The notes below the pieces were generated by a model. That model worked only from the letters and a program-made list of their open reading frames with translations, did no database searches and was not told where the DNA came from. Positions 10,200 through 18,571 of a stretch of 64,000 nucleotides of DNA are shown piece after piece. A program made the position numbers and the translations under genes. The DNA comes from an uncultured Bacteroidota bacterium (GTDB taxonomy: Bacteria > Bacteroidota > Ignavibacteria > Kryptoniales > JAKASW01), in assembly GCA_963808245.1 (NCBI GenBank), contig CAWEES010000002.1, positions 43,032 through 107,031 on the forward strand. The letters are read 5' to 3'. Numbering within the stretch: the stretch's first letter is position 1; every line of letters starts with the position of its first letter.

Positions 10200-11375
10200 T
10201 TACTTCTTTGGTTCAGCGGCAAACGGGAGAGGATCGTAGAGCGCCCGGCATAATCCTTCGGTGTAGTTGCCTTTGGCAGCGAGATATGCCGAAACGTTCG
10301 TGAGGACAACTACGCCGACACGTGTGTTCCTCTCAAAAATTATCCCGCACGTGTAGCCCGGTGTGGCTCCGAACGCCCCCTGGTGAACCTTTCCTCGCTC
10401 GCTGTAAGGCGCCCAGCCCAACGCCCCCGAAAAGTGCTCGTCGAATTGCTTTGTCGGTTTCTGGGCAAGGTAGAAGTACGTCGTATCGGTCATGTTTGCT
10501 CTAAGATATTTCACAAGGTCTTTGGCCGAGGATTTTATCCCGCCGCAACCAGTGAGTGCACCGCAATCGCCGTCGCCAAAAGGAAGCAAATCGCCGTTTG
10601 GATATCTTCCATGGACCATCCGGCGTTCGCGATCCGGCGTGAGTTCAACGAATGTACTGGACATTCCCAACGGCTTGCAGATCGTCTCAAACATAAGTTC
10701 TTCGTATGATTTCTTCGAAATTAAAGTCAGTATGTGACCGAGGAGACCGGCTCCAAGATTCGAGTATATCCTTTTCTCGCCAGGCGTTGATTGCAGAACC
10801 AGTTGGTGCGACAGGTAATCATATAATCGTTCCGTGTCGTAGTATTTGTAAGGAGCGTATTGATCAAACGGATGTCTCTCATCGTTCCTCACGTTGGTCG
10901 GTTCGAAGGGAAGTCCGGAGGTATGATCCGCGAGTTGAACCAGCGTCATTTCTTTTCCGTTAAGCGAGGATTGAATCAACGTGAGGGGGAGATAATTTTT
11001 TACAGGATCATCTTCGTTGACTTTCCCATCATACACGAGTTTCGCGAGCATAGTACCTGTAAAGGTCTTCGTGATGGAGCCTATTTCAAAAACGCTGTCA
11101 CTGTTATCAACATATACAAGTGAATCGTTACGCCTCTCAATGCCGACATATTTTTCCGAGTCTCCTTTGATAATACAAATAGAAAGCTGGGTTCCATCTG
11201 GAAAATACTGCGCACGATCGTAAACGGCCTGCGCCTGCGTTGAATCAAGCGAATTGGAATTGTTCGTCACCGTCAACTTCACGAGCTCCTTTGGGGTAAA
11301 TAATGAACAAGATGTCATTGTGAATAATATCGACGTCAATAAAGTCTTCAAGAGGTTCCTTTCAGTTCTTTGCAT
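10200..11375 (-). CDS. serine hydrolase, class C beta-lactamase/esterase family, lipoprotein
   Basis: The S-x-x-K motif SITKTF and the Y-x-N motif IYSNLG are present. I chose the start at the ATG at 11375 because MQRTERNLLKTLLTSILFTMTSC is a lipoprotein signal. The longer ORF to 11573 adds 66 non-signal residues. Confidence 0.8.
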   Translation of the reverse strand: MQRTERNLLKTLLTSILFTMTSCSLFTPKELVKLTVTNNSNSLDSTQAQAVYDRAQYFPDGTQLSICIIKGDSEKYVGIERRNDSLVYVDNSDSVFEIGSITKTFTGTMLAKLVYDGKVNEDDPVKNYLPLTLIQSSLNGKEMTLVQLADHTSGLPFEPTNVRNDERHPFDQYAPYKYYDTERLYDYLSHQLVLQSTPGEKRIYSNLGAGLLGHILTLISKKSYEELMFETICKPLGMSSTFVELTPDRERRMVHGRYPNGDLLPFGDGDCGALTGCGGIKSSAKDLVKYLRANMTDTTYFYLAQKPTKQFDEHFSGALGWAPYSERGKVHQGAFGATPGYTCGIIFERNTRVGVVVLTNVSAYLAAKGNYTEGLCRALYDPLPFAAEPKK

Positions 11376-11565
11376 TGTTGACGGATTCCGGGGCCGCAAA
11401 AGCGCATCGCCCCTAACTTCCATAGGAAAGAAGTCGTGCCGCGCATCCATGCTATGCCCATGAGCGAGCGCGGAGCGTCTTTTCTGACGCATATTAGGCG
11501 ACGCCGCCAGCCCGTCTGCTTGTTGCAAAATGATGTCGAACGAAATTGTTCTCTTAACAAATCGC

Positions 11566-12252
11566 TCACGCATGTTGCCTCAGGTTGTTCTTTTGAATGA
11601 ACGCACCAAGAGACATCAGAGACCTATCAAGGTTCACAACATCTCGCACTGTTTGATGGCCATTTCTCCAAGCGTTGAGAATGCCTAGAAACCACCAGCG
11701 AAAATTTTGGTAGCCCGTATTCGCACCACCAAAAGGAGGATAGCTAAAGTTCGTTGGCACATTGATTGGTATGTTCTGTGGCCTTTCTTGAATGAGTCGC
11801 CACGCCGTATAATTGAATCTATCGATGGGTGGAAAAGCAATTGGTTCTATCAAGTAGTGGCACCAAACTGTCAGGACTGGACCTATCTCTCCGAGATTGT
11901 TTTGGAAATTGTTGTGATGGTCCAATTGATTGAAGTTTCCAAGGTGGTTTCGTACAAGGAACTGATGGACTATCGGTGCGATTCGGTCAACTTCTGCATC
12001 CGACCATTGAGGATTCTTTGCCTTCAGACTTGTCCGAATGGTTGCGACATCAGGGTTCGGGGCATTTAAGACATTTGCAAACACGAACTCTATTCTTTCG
12101 TGCATCCCCTCGATTGTGAGCCATAGGCGTCCAGACCAAAAGCAAATAAAGTCCTCAATGCCGTTGTTGTTCCAAACATCAGCTCGAAGATATTGGTTGA
12201 CAACTTCAGGTGATTGATGAGAATTCTCGAAGGCTTGCTGTCCAAAAGGCAT
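11566..12252 (-). CDS. hypothetical protein, no family recognised
   Basis: 228-aa ORF, Trp/Asn-rich, with no signal peptide. It lies 102 nt downstream of the zinc-ribbon/propeller gene on the same strand. Confidence 0.5.
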   Translation of the reverse strand: MPFGQQAFENSHQSPEVVNQYLRADVWNNNGIEDFICFWSGRLWLTIEGMHERIEFVFANVLNAPNPDVATIRTSLKAKNPQWSDAEVDRIAPIVHQFLVRNHLGNFNQLDHHNNFQNNLGEIGPVLTVWCHYLIEPIAFPPIDRFNYTAWRLIQERPQNIPINVPTNFSYPPFGGANTGYQNFRWWFLGILNAWRNGHQTVRDVVNLDRSLMSLGAFIQKNNLRQHA

Positions 12253-12354
12253 GATAAATTTCCCTTATTGCTTAAGATTCATTCTAGCTCGTTTCAGTAA
12301 CACCGATGGAACTGCTGTTGATGATATATGGATTTGTTCGCGTCATCAGTCGAA

Positions 12355-13737
12355 CTACCTTAACGTCTTTCGTTGCCAACTCTCACCGTTATCGGTGGAG
12401 ATGTAAAACAAATTGCTGGGAGACGGAGGAATAAAAAGGGCATATCCTCTCGAGCCAGCCCAGAGATAACAACCGCTAATATTGTCATCGGCTGAAGCGC
12501 CTGTACTGGTAATTCCAGCGCTCGTCCATGTGGTGCCTGCATCTTGCGACCTAGCCAACAACCAGCCACTCGGACTATTATTGCCTGAGTAGTTAATTGT
12601 GGCCTCGCCGACTTGGAGAATCGACCCGTCTGAACAGGCAACGGATTCCCACCCAGAGGTAAATGTATTGTCCGAGACTTCGTCCCACTCATTGCCGTCG
12701 TCAGAGGATAAGTAGTGATAGCATGTGATGTCACCAGAAGTAGACGCGTGAGCCCTTGCAGCATTAAATGCCACGACCGTTCTTTTCCCCGTAAATATGA
12801 GGCTCCTGACGTCTTGCAGTTCTAGCCGCTTCCAATTTGCCCCTCCATTGGTGGAACGATATAAGTTACGATCATCTGGATGCGATAGATTAAACTTAGG
12901 CGAGATTCTTGCAAAGAGAGTACCTTGGGGACTCACCAGAAGACTCAGAATGTTTTGACCTTCCAGACCTGCATTCGACCAACTCTGACCACCATTATTC
13001 GACCGCCAAACTTGGCCTTTACCTGCGTAGGAACTAACTGCGAAGATCGTGGAGTTAGAAGCAAAGGCAAAATTAGACAATTCCAAGGACACGCGATGGC
13101 CAAAGAATACCTCGGACGGAGGAAAGAATCTAAGCCAATCCTTGCCGCCATGGCTCAAGTAGTAACTGCTTCCGCTGAGCGACCATAATGAATCTGCCAT
13201 GGATAATGAGTCCGTGGCCACACAAATGGCGATGAAATTGTTCTTGCCCGAATCGTAAACATATACCACGTCTCCAAATTTTAGTGAATACCCGTGGTGA
13301 GTTTTGATGGGGACATTTTCCCAGGTGGAACCGAGATCGCTGGAGGAAAACAGTCCGTAGTTCGTACCAGCGAAAATCTCACCATTAGTGGCAACTACTG
13401 CTGACGTCACCGAAAGGCTCGTGTCCGATTCAGCACCAGTTTGACTAGAACCGTTTTCGTCTGAAGTACCTTGCGAACGATCCAAGTTCGCGCGGTTGGT
13501 TTGATCCTGAGACGCTTGCGGGGAAGGAGATTCATCGTGATGACTTAAGCCTATTAATAAACATAGAGCAACGATCACACCACCGAGGATATACACCCAA
13601 CTTGGCAAACTTGAAAATGACCAACGTTGGGCGCTTGCCTCCAGTTGTGAAACAAAAGATACTTGCAACGGAGAACCGCACTCAATGCAATATGCTCCAT
13701 TGTGTTGATTTTCCTTACCGCAGTTTGGACAGACCAT
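12355..13737 (-). CDS. membrane-anchored protein: N-terminal zinc ribbon, one TM helix, Ser/Gln-rich linker, Asp-box (BNR) beta-propeller
   Basis: The zinc ribbon is CPNCGKENQHNGAYCIECG and the TM helix is WVYILGGVIVALCLLIGL. Asp-box-like motifs recur: SSDLGSTW, SHGGKDW, SNNGGQSW, STNGGANW, SSDDGNEW, SQDAGTTW, STDNGESW. Confidence 0.7.
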   Translation of the reverse strand: MVCPNCGKENQHNGAYCIECGSPLQVSFVSQLEASAQRWSFSSLPSWVYILGGVIVALCLLIGLSHHDESPSPQASQDQTNRANLDRSQGTSDENGSSQTGAESDTSLSVTSAVVATNGEIFAGTNYGLFSSSDLGSTWENVPIKTHHGYSLKFGDVVYVYDSGKNNFIAICVATDSLSMADSLWSLSGSSYYLSHGGKDWLRFFPPSEVFFGHRVSLELSNFAFASNSTIFAVSSYAGKGQVWRSNNGGQSWSNAGLEGQNILSLLVSPQGTLFARISPKFNLSHPDDRNLYRSTNGGANWKRLELQDVRSLIFTGKRTVVAFNAARAHASTSGDITCYHYLSSDDGNEWDEVSDNTFTSGWESVACSDGSILQVGEATINYSGNNSPSGWLLARSQDAGTTWTSAGITSTGASADDNISGCYLWAGSRGYALFIPPSPSNLFYISTDNGESWQRKTLR

Positions 13738-13876
13738 ATTTACTACCTCCTCGAATTTGGCTGGCGGTGTCGCCTAACTACCCATTATGTGCCATATGAC
13801 GTCTTTCTGCCTTTTGCATCCTGCCCACCCGACTTCTTCAAATTTATCCACGCACAAATTTATTTCTTTTATACAT

Positions 13877-13932
13877 CCGGTTCAAATCCCCGGTACCGAT
13901 TTAATGCAGGGGCTTGACCGTTCAAACCCCTG
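13877..13932 (+). repeat. two direct repeats resembling a tRNA T-arm (CCGGTTCAAATCCCCGG and CCGTTCAAACCCCTG)
   Basis: GGTTCAAATCC at 13879-13889 is a canonical T-loop string. The second copy lies 41 nt downstream within the stem GCAGGGG(13906-12)/CCCCTGC(13927-33). No complete tRNA can be drawn. Confidence 0.35.
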
Positions 13933-14082
13933 CCATCAATGACAACCCCTTCTTATGCTTTCGGCGCTTTCTTCAACGCCTTCCCTGTAGCGATCTTACT
14001 TCAGCCCTTTCCTCACCCTGTACCCCATTGGTTTCAACCTGTGTGTCCGCGGCAGTCTCTGTTCAGGTCAAGTCCGGTGCCA

Positions 14083-16273
14083 TCATTTCAAAAGTAAGAG
14101 CTTCTTCGTCGCTGCGTAGTCTCCTGCTCGTAATTGGTAGAAGTACACTCCGCTCGGAAGATTTGTACCATCAAATATGACCGAATGACTTCCTGCAGTC
14201 TGGCGCTCGTTTACCAATGTTCTCACTTCTCTTCCAAGAACATCGAAAATTCTTAGAGCAACTTGGCCGTTCGTTGGTAATTGATAATTGATCACTGTAC
14301 TAGGGTTGAATGGGTTAGGATAGTTTTGAGATAGCAGAAACGACTTTGGTATGTTACCAGATGGAGGCGTCACGGAAGTTATCATTTCTGACAACGGCCG
14401 TTTCCAAACACCACTTCCACTAGTCCCCGCATAAACATCATCGTTGCTGACAGCAAGGGAAATAATATTTGTGTTCGTCAAGCCGGAATCGACTGCCTTC
14501 CACGTGTCGCCATTATTAGTAGATAGGAAGACTCCTTCACTCGCAGCAAACAGATCCCCACCACTAACGGCAAAGCAGGAGGGGAGAATCGCAAGACCCG
14601 AATCGACGATAGTCCAGCTTGCGCCATTGTCAGTGGAGAGAAACACGCCAGTACTATCTGCCGCGGAGACGGTGTCTTCGCTTAGAGTGCCCAGGGGGAT
14701 TGGCCCGGGCGGATGATTTTTTTCCGCACTAGCGAAGATTTCCGAGTTGTCTCCGGCGATGACCGCCAGTGCCAAGACCGTGGTGCTTGCAAGTCCGGGG
14801 GTGTCCCAACTTAATCCGTTATTTGTGGAACGAAAGATACCATTTGCCGTCCCAGCAAATATAGTAGGGTTGCCACCTGGAAGTACTGCCAGAGCATTGA
14901 TGTAAGAATCTGTTAATCCAGAAGTGACGGGGCTCCAGCTTGCACCGTTATTTGTCGAGAGATACCACACCATAACCATTGGTTGCTGCAAAAATGTCCG
15001 GGCCTGAAACGGCCAGAGAAAGGATGCTGAAAACAGTGGGCGAGACCGATAAAGGCAATCCCGAATTTACAGCGATCCAAGTCGCACCGCCATCCGTAGA
15101 TCGAAAGACCCCGTCGAAGTCCGTGCCAACAAAAAGATTGGTGCTGGAACCAGCCAGAGCATATACATCATAGCATGCGGTGCTGATATTAACCGGTATC
15201 CATGTCGTACCGCTGTCGGCGGTAGCACAGACGAATGCACCATAAGTACCCGCAAAAACATTTTTTCCCGAGACGGCAAGTGAATGGACATCGGTGTTTG
15301 TCATACCGGTGTTGGCCGCAGTCCAGTTTGTGCCGTTGTCGGTGGAACGAAAGACGCCGTCCTCGTAAGTGCCTGCCAACAGATTTGTGCCGGAGACGCC
15401 AAGGGTATAAACAGGATATACATTGTATGGCTGCGGCAAGCCGGAAGTAGCTGCCACCCAGCTTCCACCACTATCCGTGGAGCGAAAAACGCCACTAAAT
15501 GTTCCAGCGAAAAGATCACCGCCGGACGTTGCGAGAGCGTACACGTAAAGACTCGTCAGTCCGTTATTGACCGCTGTCCAGCTTGCGCCGTTATCCGTGG
15601 AACGAAACACCCCGCCGTAGGTTCCGGCAAAAAGATTGTTGCCAGAGACAGCAAATGCCAATGTAATGTAGGGCAAGGCATTATTCTCCGGTGTCCAGCT
15701 TTTGGCATTATCAGTAGAACGAAAGATTCCTCCCTCAGTTGCAGCAAAGAGAATCGTGCCAGAGGCGATAAGCTTATTAATAGAGGTGTTCGTCAATCCT
15801 GAATCCACTGCAGTCCAGGTTGTGCCGTTATCGGTTGAGAGAAAGACGCCGTTGCTAGTCCCGGCGAAGAGATTAGTGCCAGACACAACAAGGGAAGTGA
15901 TGCCTGCGTTTGGCAAGCCGGGATTAATCTTATTCCAGCTTGTACCATTGTCCGTCGATAGATAAACACCAGCCCCGTTAGTTCCGGCAAAGAGACTCGA
16001 TCCCGAATTGACAAGGGACCCGGCACCAGCGTTTGGCAAGCCGGCATTGGCTGTTGTCCAGCTTGTGCCGCCATCGGTGGAACGAAAGATCTCACCCTGA
16101 TTAGTTTGAGCAAAGAGGTCATTGCCGGAAACGACGAAGGCGGTAACGCTACTGCCGCCGTAAGGGCCATTCGTTTGGACCCATTGAGCGTTTGATGTTT
16201 GCATACATGTTAATGTTACAATCATAAAAGACGAAAATAGATAAACAGTTTTCACGGCTAATTCCTTTCGCAA
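14083..16273 (-). pseudogene. Asp-box (BNR) repeat beta-propeller protein with T9SS C-terminal sorting domain, split by a frameshift near 14950-14990
   Basis: Two overlapping ORFs (14948..16273 and 14083..14991) carry the same ~47-aa repeat (..FAGT..GVF.STDNG.SW..). The upstream ORF has the signal peptide and the downstream ORF has the T9SS tail (NYPNPFNPSTVINYQLP...VYFYQLRAGDYAATKKLLLLK). Joined, they match the length of the 705-aa paralog next door. Confidence 0.65.
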
Positions 16274-16304
16274 CTTGTCTTAAACAGGGTTGCAATTAAA
16301 TCAC

Positions 16305-18422
16305 CTATTTCAAAAGCATGAGCTTCTTTGTTGCGCTGTAACTTCCCGCCTGTAATTTATAGAAGTACACTCCGCTTGGAAGGCTTGTACCATCAAACGT
16401 GACCGAATGACTTCCTGCGTCCTGGCGTTCATCGACTAACGATTTGATTTGTCTTCCGAGCACGTCATAGATTTTCAATGTCACCCGACTCCCAACGGGC
16501 AGCTGGTAGTTGATAACCGTTGTGGGGTTGAAGGGATTGGGGAAGTTCTGAGCAAGCCTGAACTGCGTAGGGGTCTTAGTGTGAGTTTCTTGTATTCCAG
16601 TTATCATCTGAGACAATGGGCGCTCCCATACGCCATCTCCCGATATACCTGCGAAAAGATTCTCTCCGTCAACGGCGATCGATTCAACCTGTTTGCTTGA
16701 AAAACCCGTATTGACTTGAGTCCAGGTTGTACCATTATTCGTAGAAAGGAAAACTCCTGAGTAAGTAACTGCGACAAATAGGTTGTTTCCGCTGACCGCA
16801 AAGGATTCGATGGATTCGTTTTGTAGACCAGCCGCGTTCCAGCTTGCCCCGTTGTTGGTTGAAAGAAAAACGCCATTGCGTGTCCCCGCAAATATGTCCG
16901 TGTCGATGACCGCAAAGCAGTCAACGATAGTATCACCCAACCCAGTGTTAATTGCAGTCCAACTCGTGCCATTATTGTTAGAAAGAAATGCGCCTTCACC
17001 GAACGTGCCGGCAAGAATGCTGCTATCTTTCAAGGCGAGAGATGTAATGGTGATGCTCTTCAAGCTGGAATCGGATACTCTCCACGTTGTGCCATTATCT
17101 ATTGAATGATAGACACCGACGCTGCCAGCTCCGACAAAGATATTCGAGCCTGAGACTGCAAGAGACGAGATGTCCCGGCCGCGATTGGGCAGTGTGCTTA
17201 CCAGCGACCAATCTGAACCATCATCCGTAGAAAGAAAGAGGCCTGCGTTGGCACTTCCGTTATCAGATCCGGCGTAAATAGTGGACCCGCTTACGGCAAA
17301 GGAGCCGATGTAATTATTCGTCAGGCCATTATGGACTGTGGTCCAGGTTGAATCGTTGCTGTCGTACCGAAATATGCCTCCGCCATATGCCCCCGCGAAA
17401 AGATTCGTGCCGCTGACGGCAAACGTTCCCACGGACGCGTTAATCAAACCTGAGTCTGCCGGTTTCCATGTCGCGCCGCTGTTGCTTGAAAGGAATATGC
17501 CGTCATTGTAGGTCCCTGCAAGCACCATTGTGCCATTCGCGGCTATAGATATAAGGTTAGCATTAGCTAATCCCGAATCGACCTGTGTCCATGTTGAGCC
17601 ATCGTCGGTGGAAAAAGAGACTCCACCGAAATAAGTCGCTACATAAAGATTATTGCCGCTCACAGCAAGGTAATAACCCTCCTCATTTTTTACTTCGGAA
17701 TTGACTAGAGACCAGTTCGTTCCATTATTGGTCGAAATAAAAATACCGCTGGAAGTTCCTGCAAAGAGATCCGTGCCACTAACGGCAAGTGAAGTGATGA
17801 TAGTATCAGTCAACCCAATGTTGGAGGGCGCCCAGCTTGTACCATTATTGGTGGAAGCGAAAACGCCACCGCCCCAGGTTCCTGAGAAAAGGTCTTTTCC
17901 CAGTACAGCAAGGGCATAAACAGCCGTATGAGTAAGTCCCGAATCGATCACGGTCCAGCTTGAGCCGTCGTTCGTTGACCTGTAGATTCCCTCGGGAGTC
18001 GCAGCGAAGAGGTTTGTGTCGGAGACTGCGAAAGCCTCGATTGAGGCTAGTATGGGGAATCCAGTGTTGAGGCTTTTCCAATTAGCACCGTTATCCGTGG
18101 AGACATATGCGCCCGCAAATGAAGTCCCGGCAAATAGCATCGGGCCACCTTCCGCATCCGTAGAGACCATAAAGACATTGATCGTGGTATCCATAAAACG
18201 CGTATTCGTTCGTTTCCAAGTCGAGCCGTTGTCCGTGGATATGTAAATGCCGTTATCTGTTCCCGCAAAGAAATTTGTGCCGCCTGTACCGTTAGGGGAG
18301 ATAGCAAGGGAAGTTACGATGCCTCCATAAGGCCCATTGGTTCGGGTCCATTGCGCGCGGGATGGGTTTATGAGAAAAAGGAGGGAGAAGAATAGAGCTA
18401 TAAATTGTGACCAGTGCTTCAT
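16305..18422 (-). CDS. Asp-box (BNR) repeat beta-propeller protein with T9SS C-terminal sorting domain
   Basis: 705 aa with a signal peptide (FIALFFSLLFLINPSRAQ). It has about 13 repeats containing STDNGSTW/STNNGTSW-type Asp boxes and the C-terminal NFPNPFNPTTVINYQLP...GVYFYKLQAGSYSATKKLMLLK. Confidence 0.8.
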   Translation of the reverse strand: MKHWSQFIALFFSLLFLINPSRAQWTRTNGPYGGIVTSLAISPNGTGGTNFFAGTDNGIYISTDNGSTWKRTNTRFMDTTINVFMVSTDAEGGPMLFAGTSFAGAYVSTDNGANWKSLNTGFPILASIEAFAVSDTNLFAATPEGIYRSTNDGSSWTVIDSGLTHTAVYALAVLGKDLFSGTWGGGVFASTNNGTSWAPSNIGLTDTIITSLAVSGTDLFAGTSSGIFISTNNGTNWSLVNSEVKNEEGYYLAVSGNNLYVATYFGGVSFSTDDGSTWTQVDSGLANANLISIAANGTMVLAGTYNDGIFLSSNSGATWKPADSGLINASVGTFAVSGTNLFAGAYGGGIFRYDSNDSTWTTVHNGLTNNYIGSFAVSGSTIYAGSDNGSANAGLFLSTDDGSDWSLVSTLPNRGRDISSLAVSGSNIFVGAGSVGVYHSIDNGTTWRVSDSSLKSITITSLALKDSSILAGTFGEGAFLSNNNGTSWTAINTGLGDTIVDCFAVIDTDIFAGTRNGVFLSTNNGASWNAAGLQNESIESFAVSGNNLFVAVTYSGVFLSTNNGTTWTQVNTGFSSKQVESIAVDGENLFAGISGDGVWERPLSQMITGIQETHTKTPTQFRLAQNFPNPFNPTTVINYQLPVGSRVTLKIYDVLGRQIKSLVDERQDAGSHSVTFDGTSLPSGVYFYKLQAGSYSATKKLMLLK

Positions 18423-18490
18423 AGATAGCCTCCGTGCAGAATTATTCAGGACGACACAACCTAACTCTTTTTTAGAGTCAAATCCATACG

Positions 18491-18508
18491 CCGTCCGTCG
18501 ACGGACGG
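18491..18508. terminator. perfect 18-nt GC-rich palindrome (CCGTCCGTCGACGGACGG) just downstream of the holA-like remnant
   Basis: Perfect inverted repeat. On the minus strand it follows the TAA of the remnant by 5 nt. No strong T-tract follows, so a terminator function is uncertain. Confidence 0.4.
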
Positions 18509-18513
18509 GACTT

Positions 18514-18570
18514 TTACTCCTTTTCGGGCTGCCTCATTATTTCCGATATCACCACGACCATGGCATCGGC
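18514..18570 (-). pseudogene. remnant of a holA 3' end (last 18 codons plus stop)
   Basis: The minus-strand translation ADAMVVVISEIMRQPEKE* matches the real holA C-terminus ...DADAMVVVISEILGQSVVN*. By my count 31 of 33 nt are identical between 18538-18570 and 19900-19932. Confidence 0.7.
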
Positions 18571-18571
18571 A

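Noticed and set aside
11376-11573. 66-codon N-terminal extension of the beta-lactamase-family ORF
   Set aside because: The internal ATG at 11375 is followed immediately by a lipoprotein signal peptide. The extension is hydrophilic and Arg-rich, and it would overlap the upstream gene.
15284-15802. 172-aa plus-strand ORF (and many 60-135-aa ORFs) antisense to the Asp-box propeller genes; likewise 3817..4284 inside the thiolase gene and 24821..25408 inside the bi-domain oxidoreductase gene
   Set aside because: These are shadow ORFs on the opposite strand of genes with strong motif support. They are Cys/Arg/Ser-rich with no recognisable domains.
14083-18422. Calling the Asp-box propellers GH74 xyloglucanases or sialidases
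   Set aside because: Only the generic S-x-D-x-G-x-x-W Asp boxes are visible. I cannot identify catalytic Asp/Glu/Arg residues by eye, so I make no enzymatic call.
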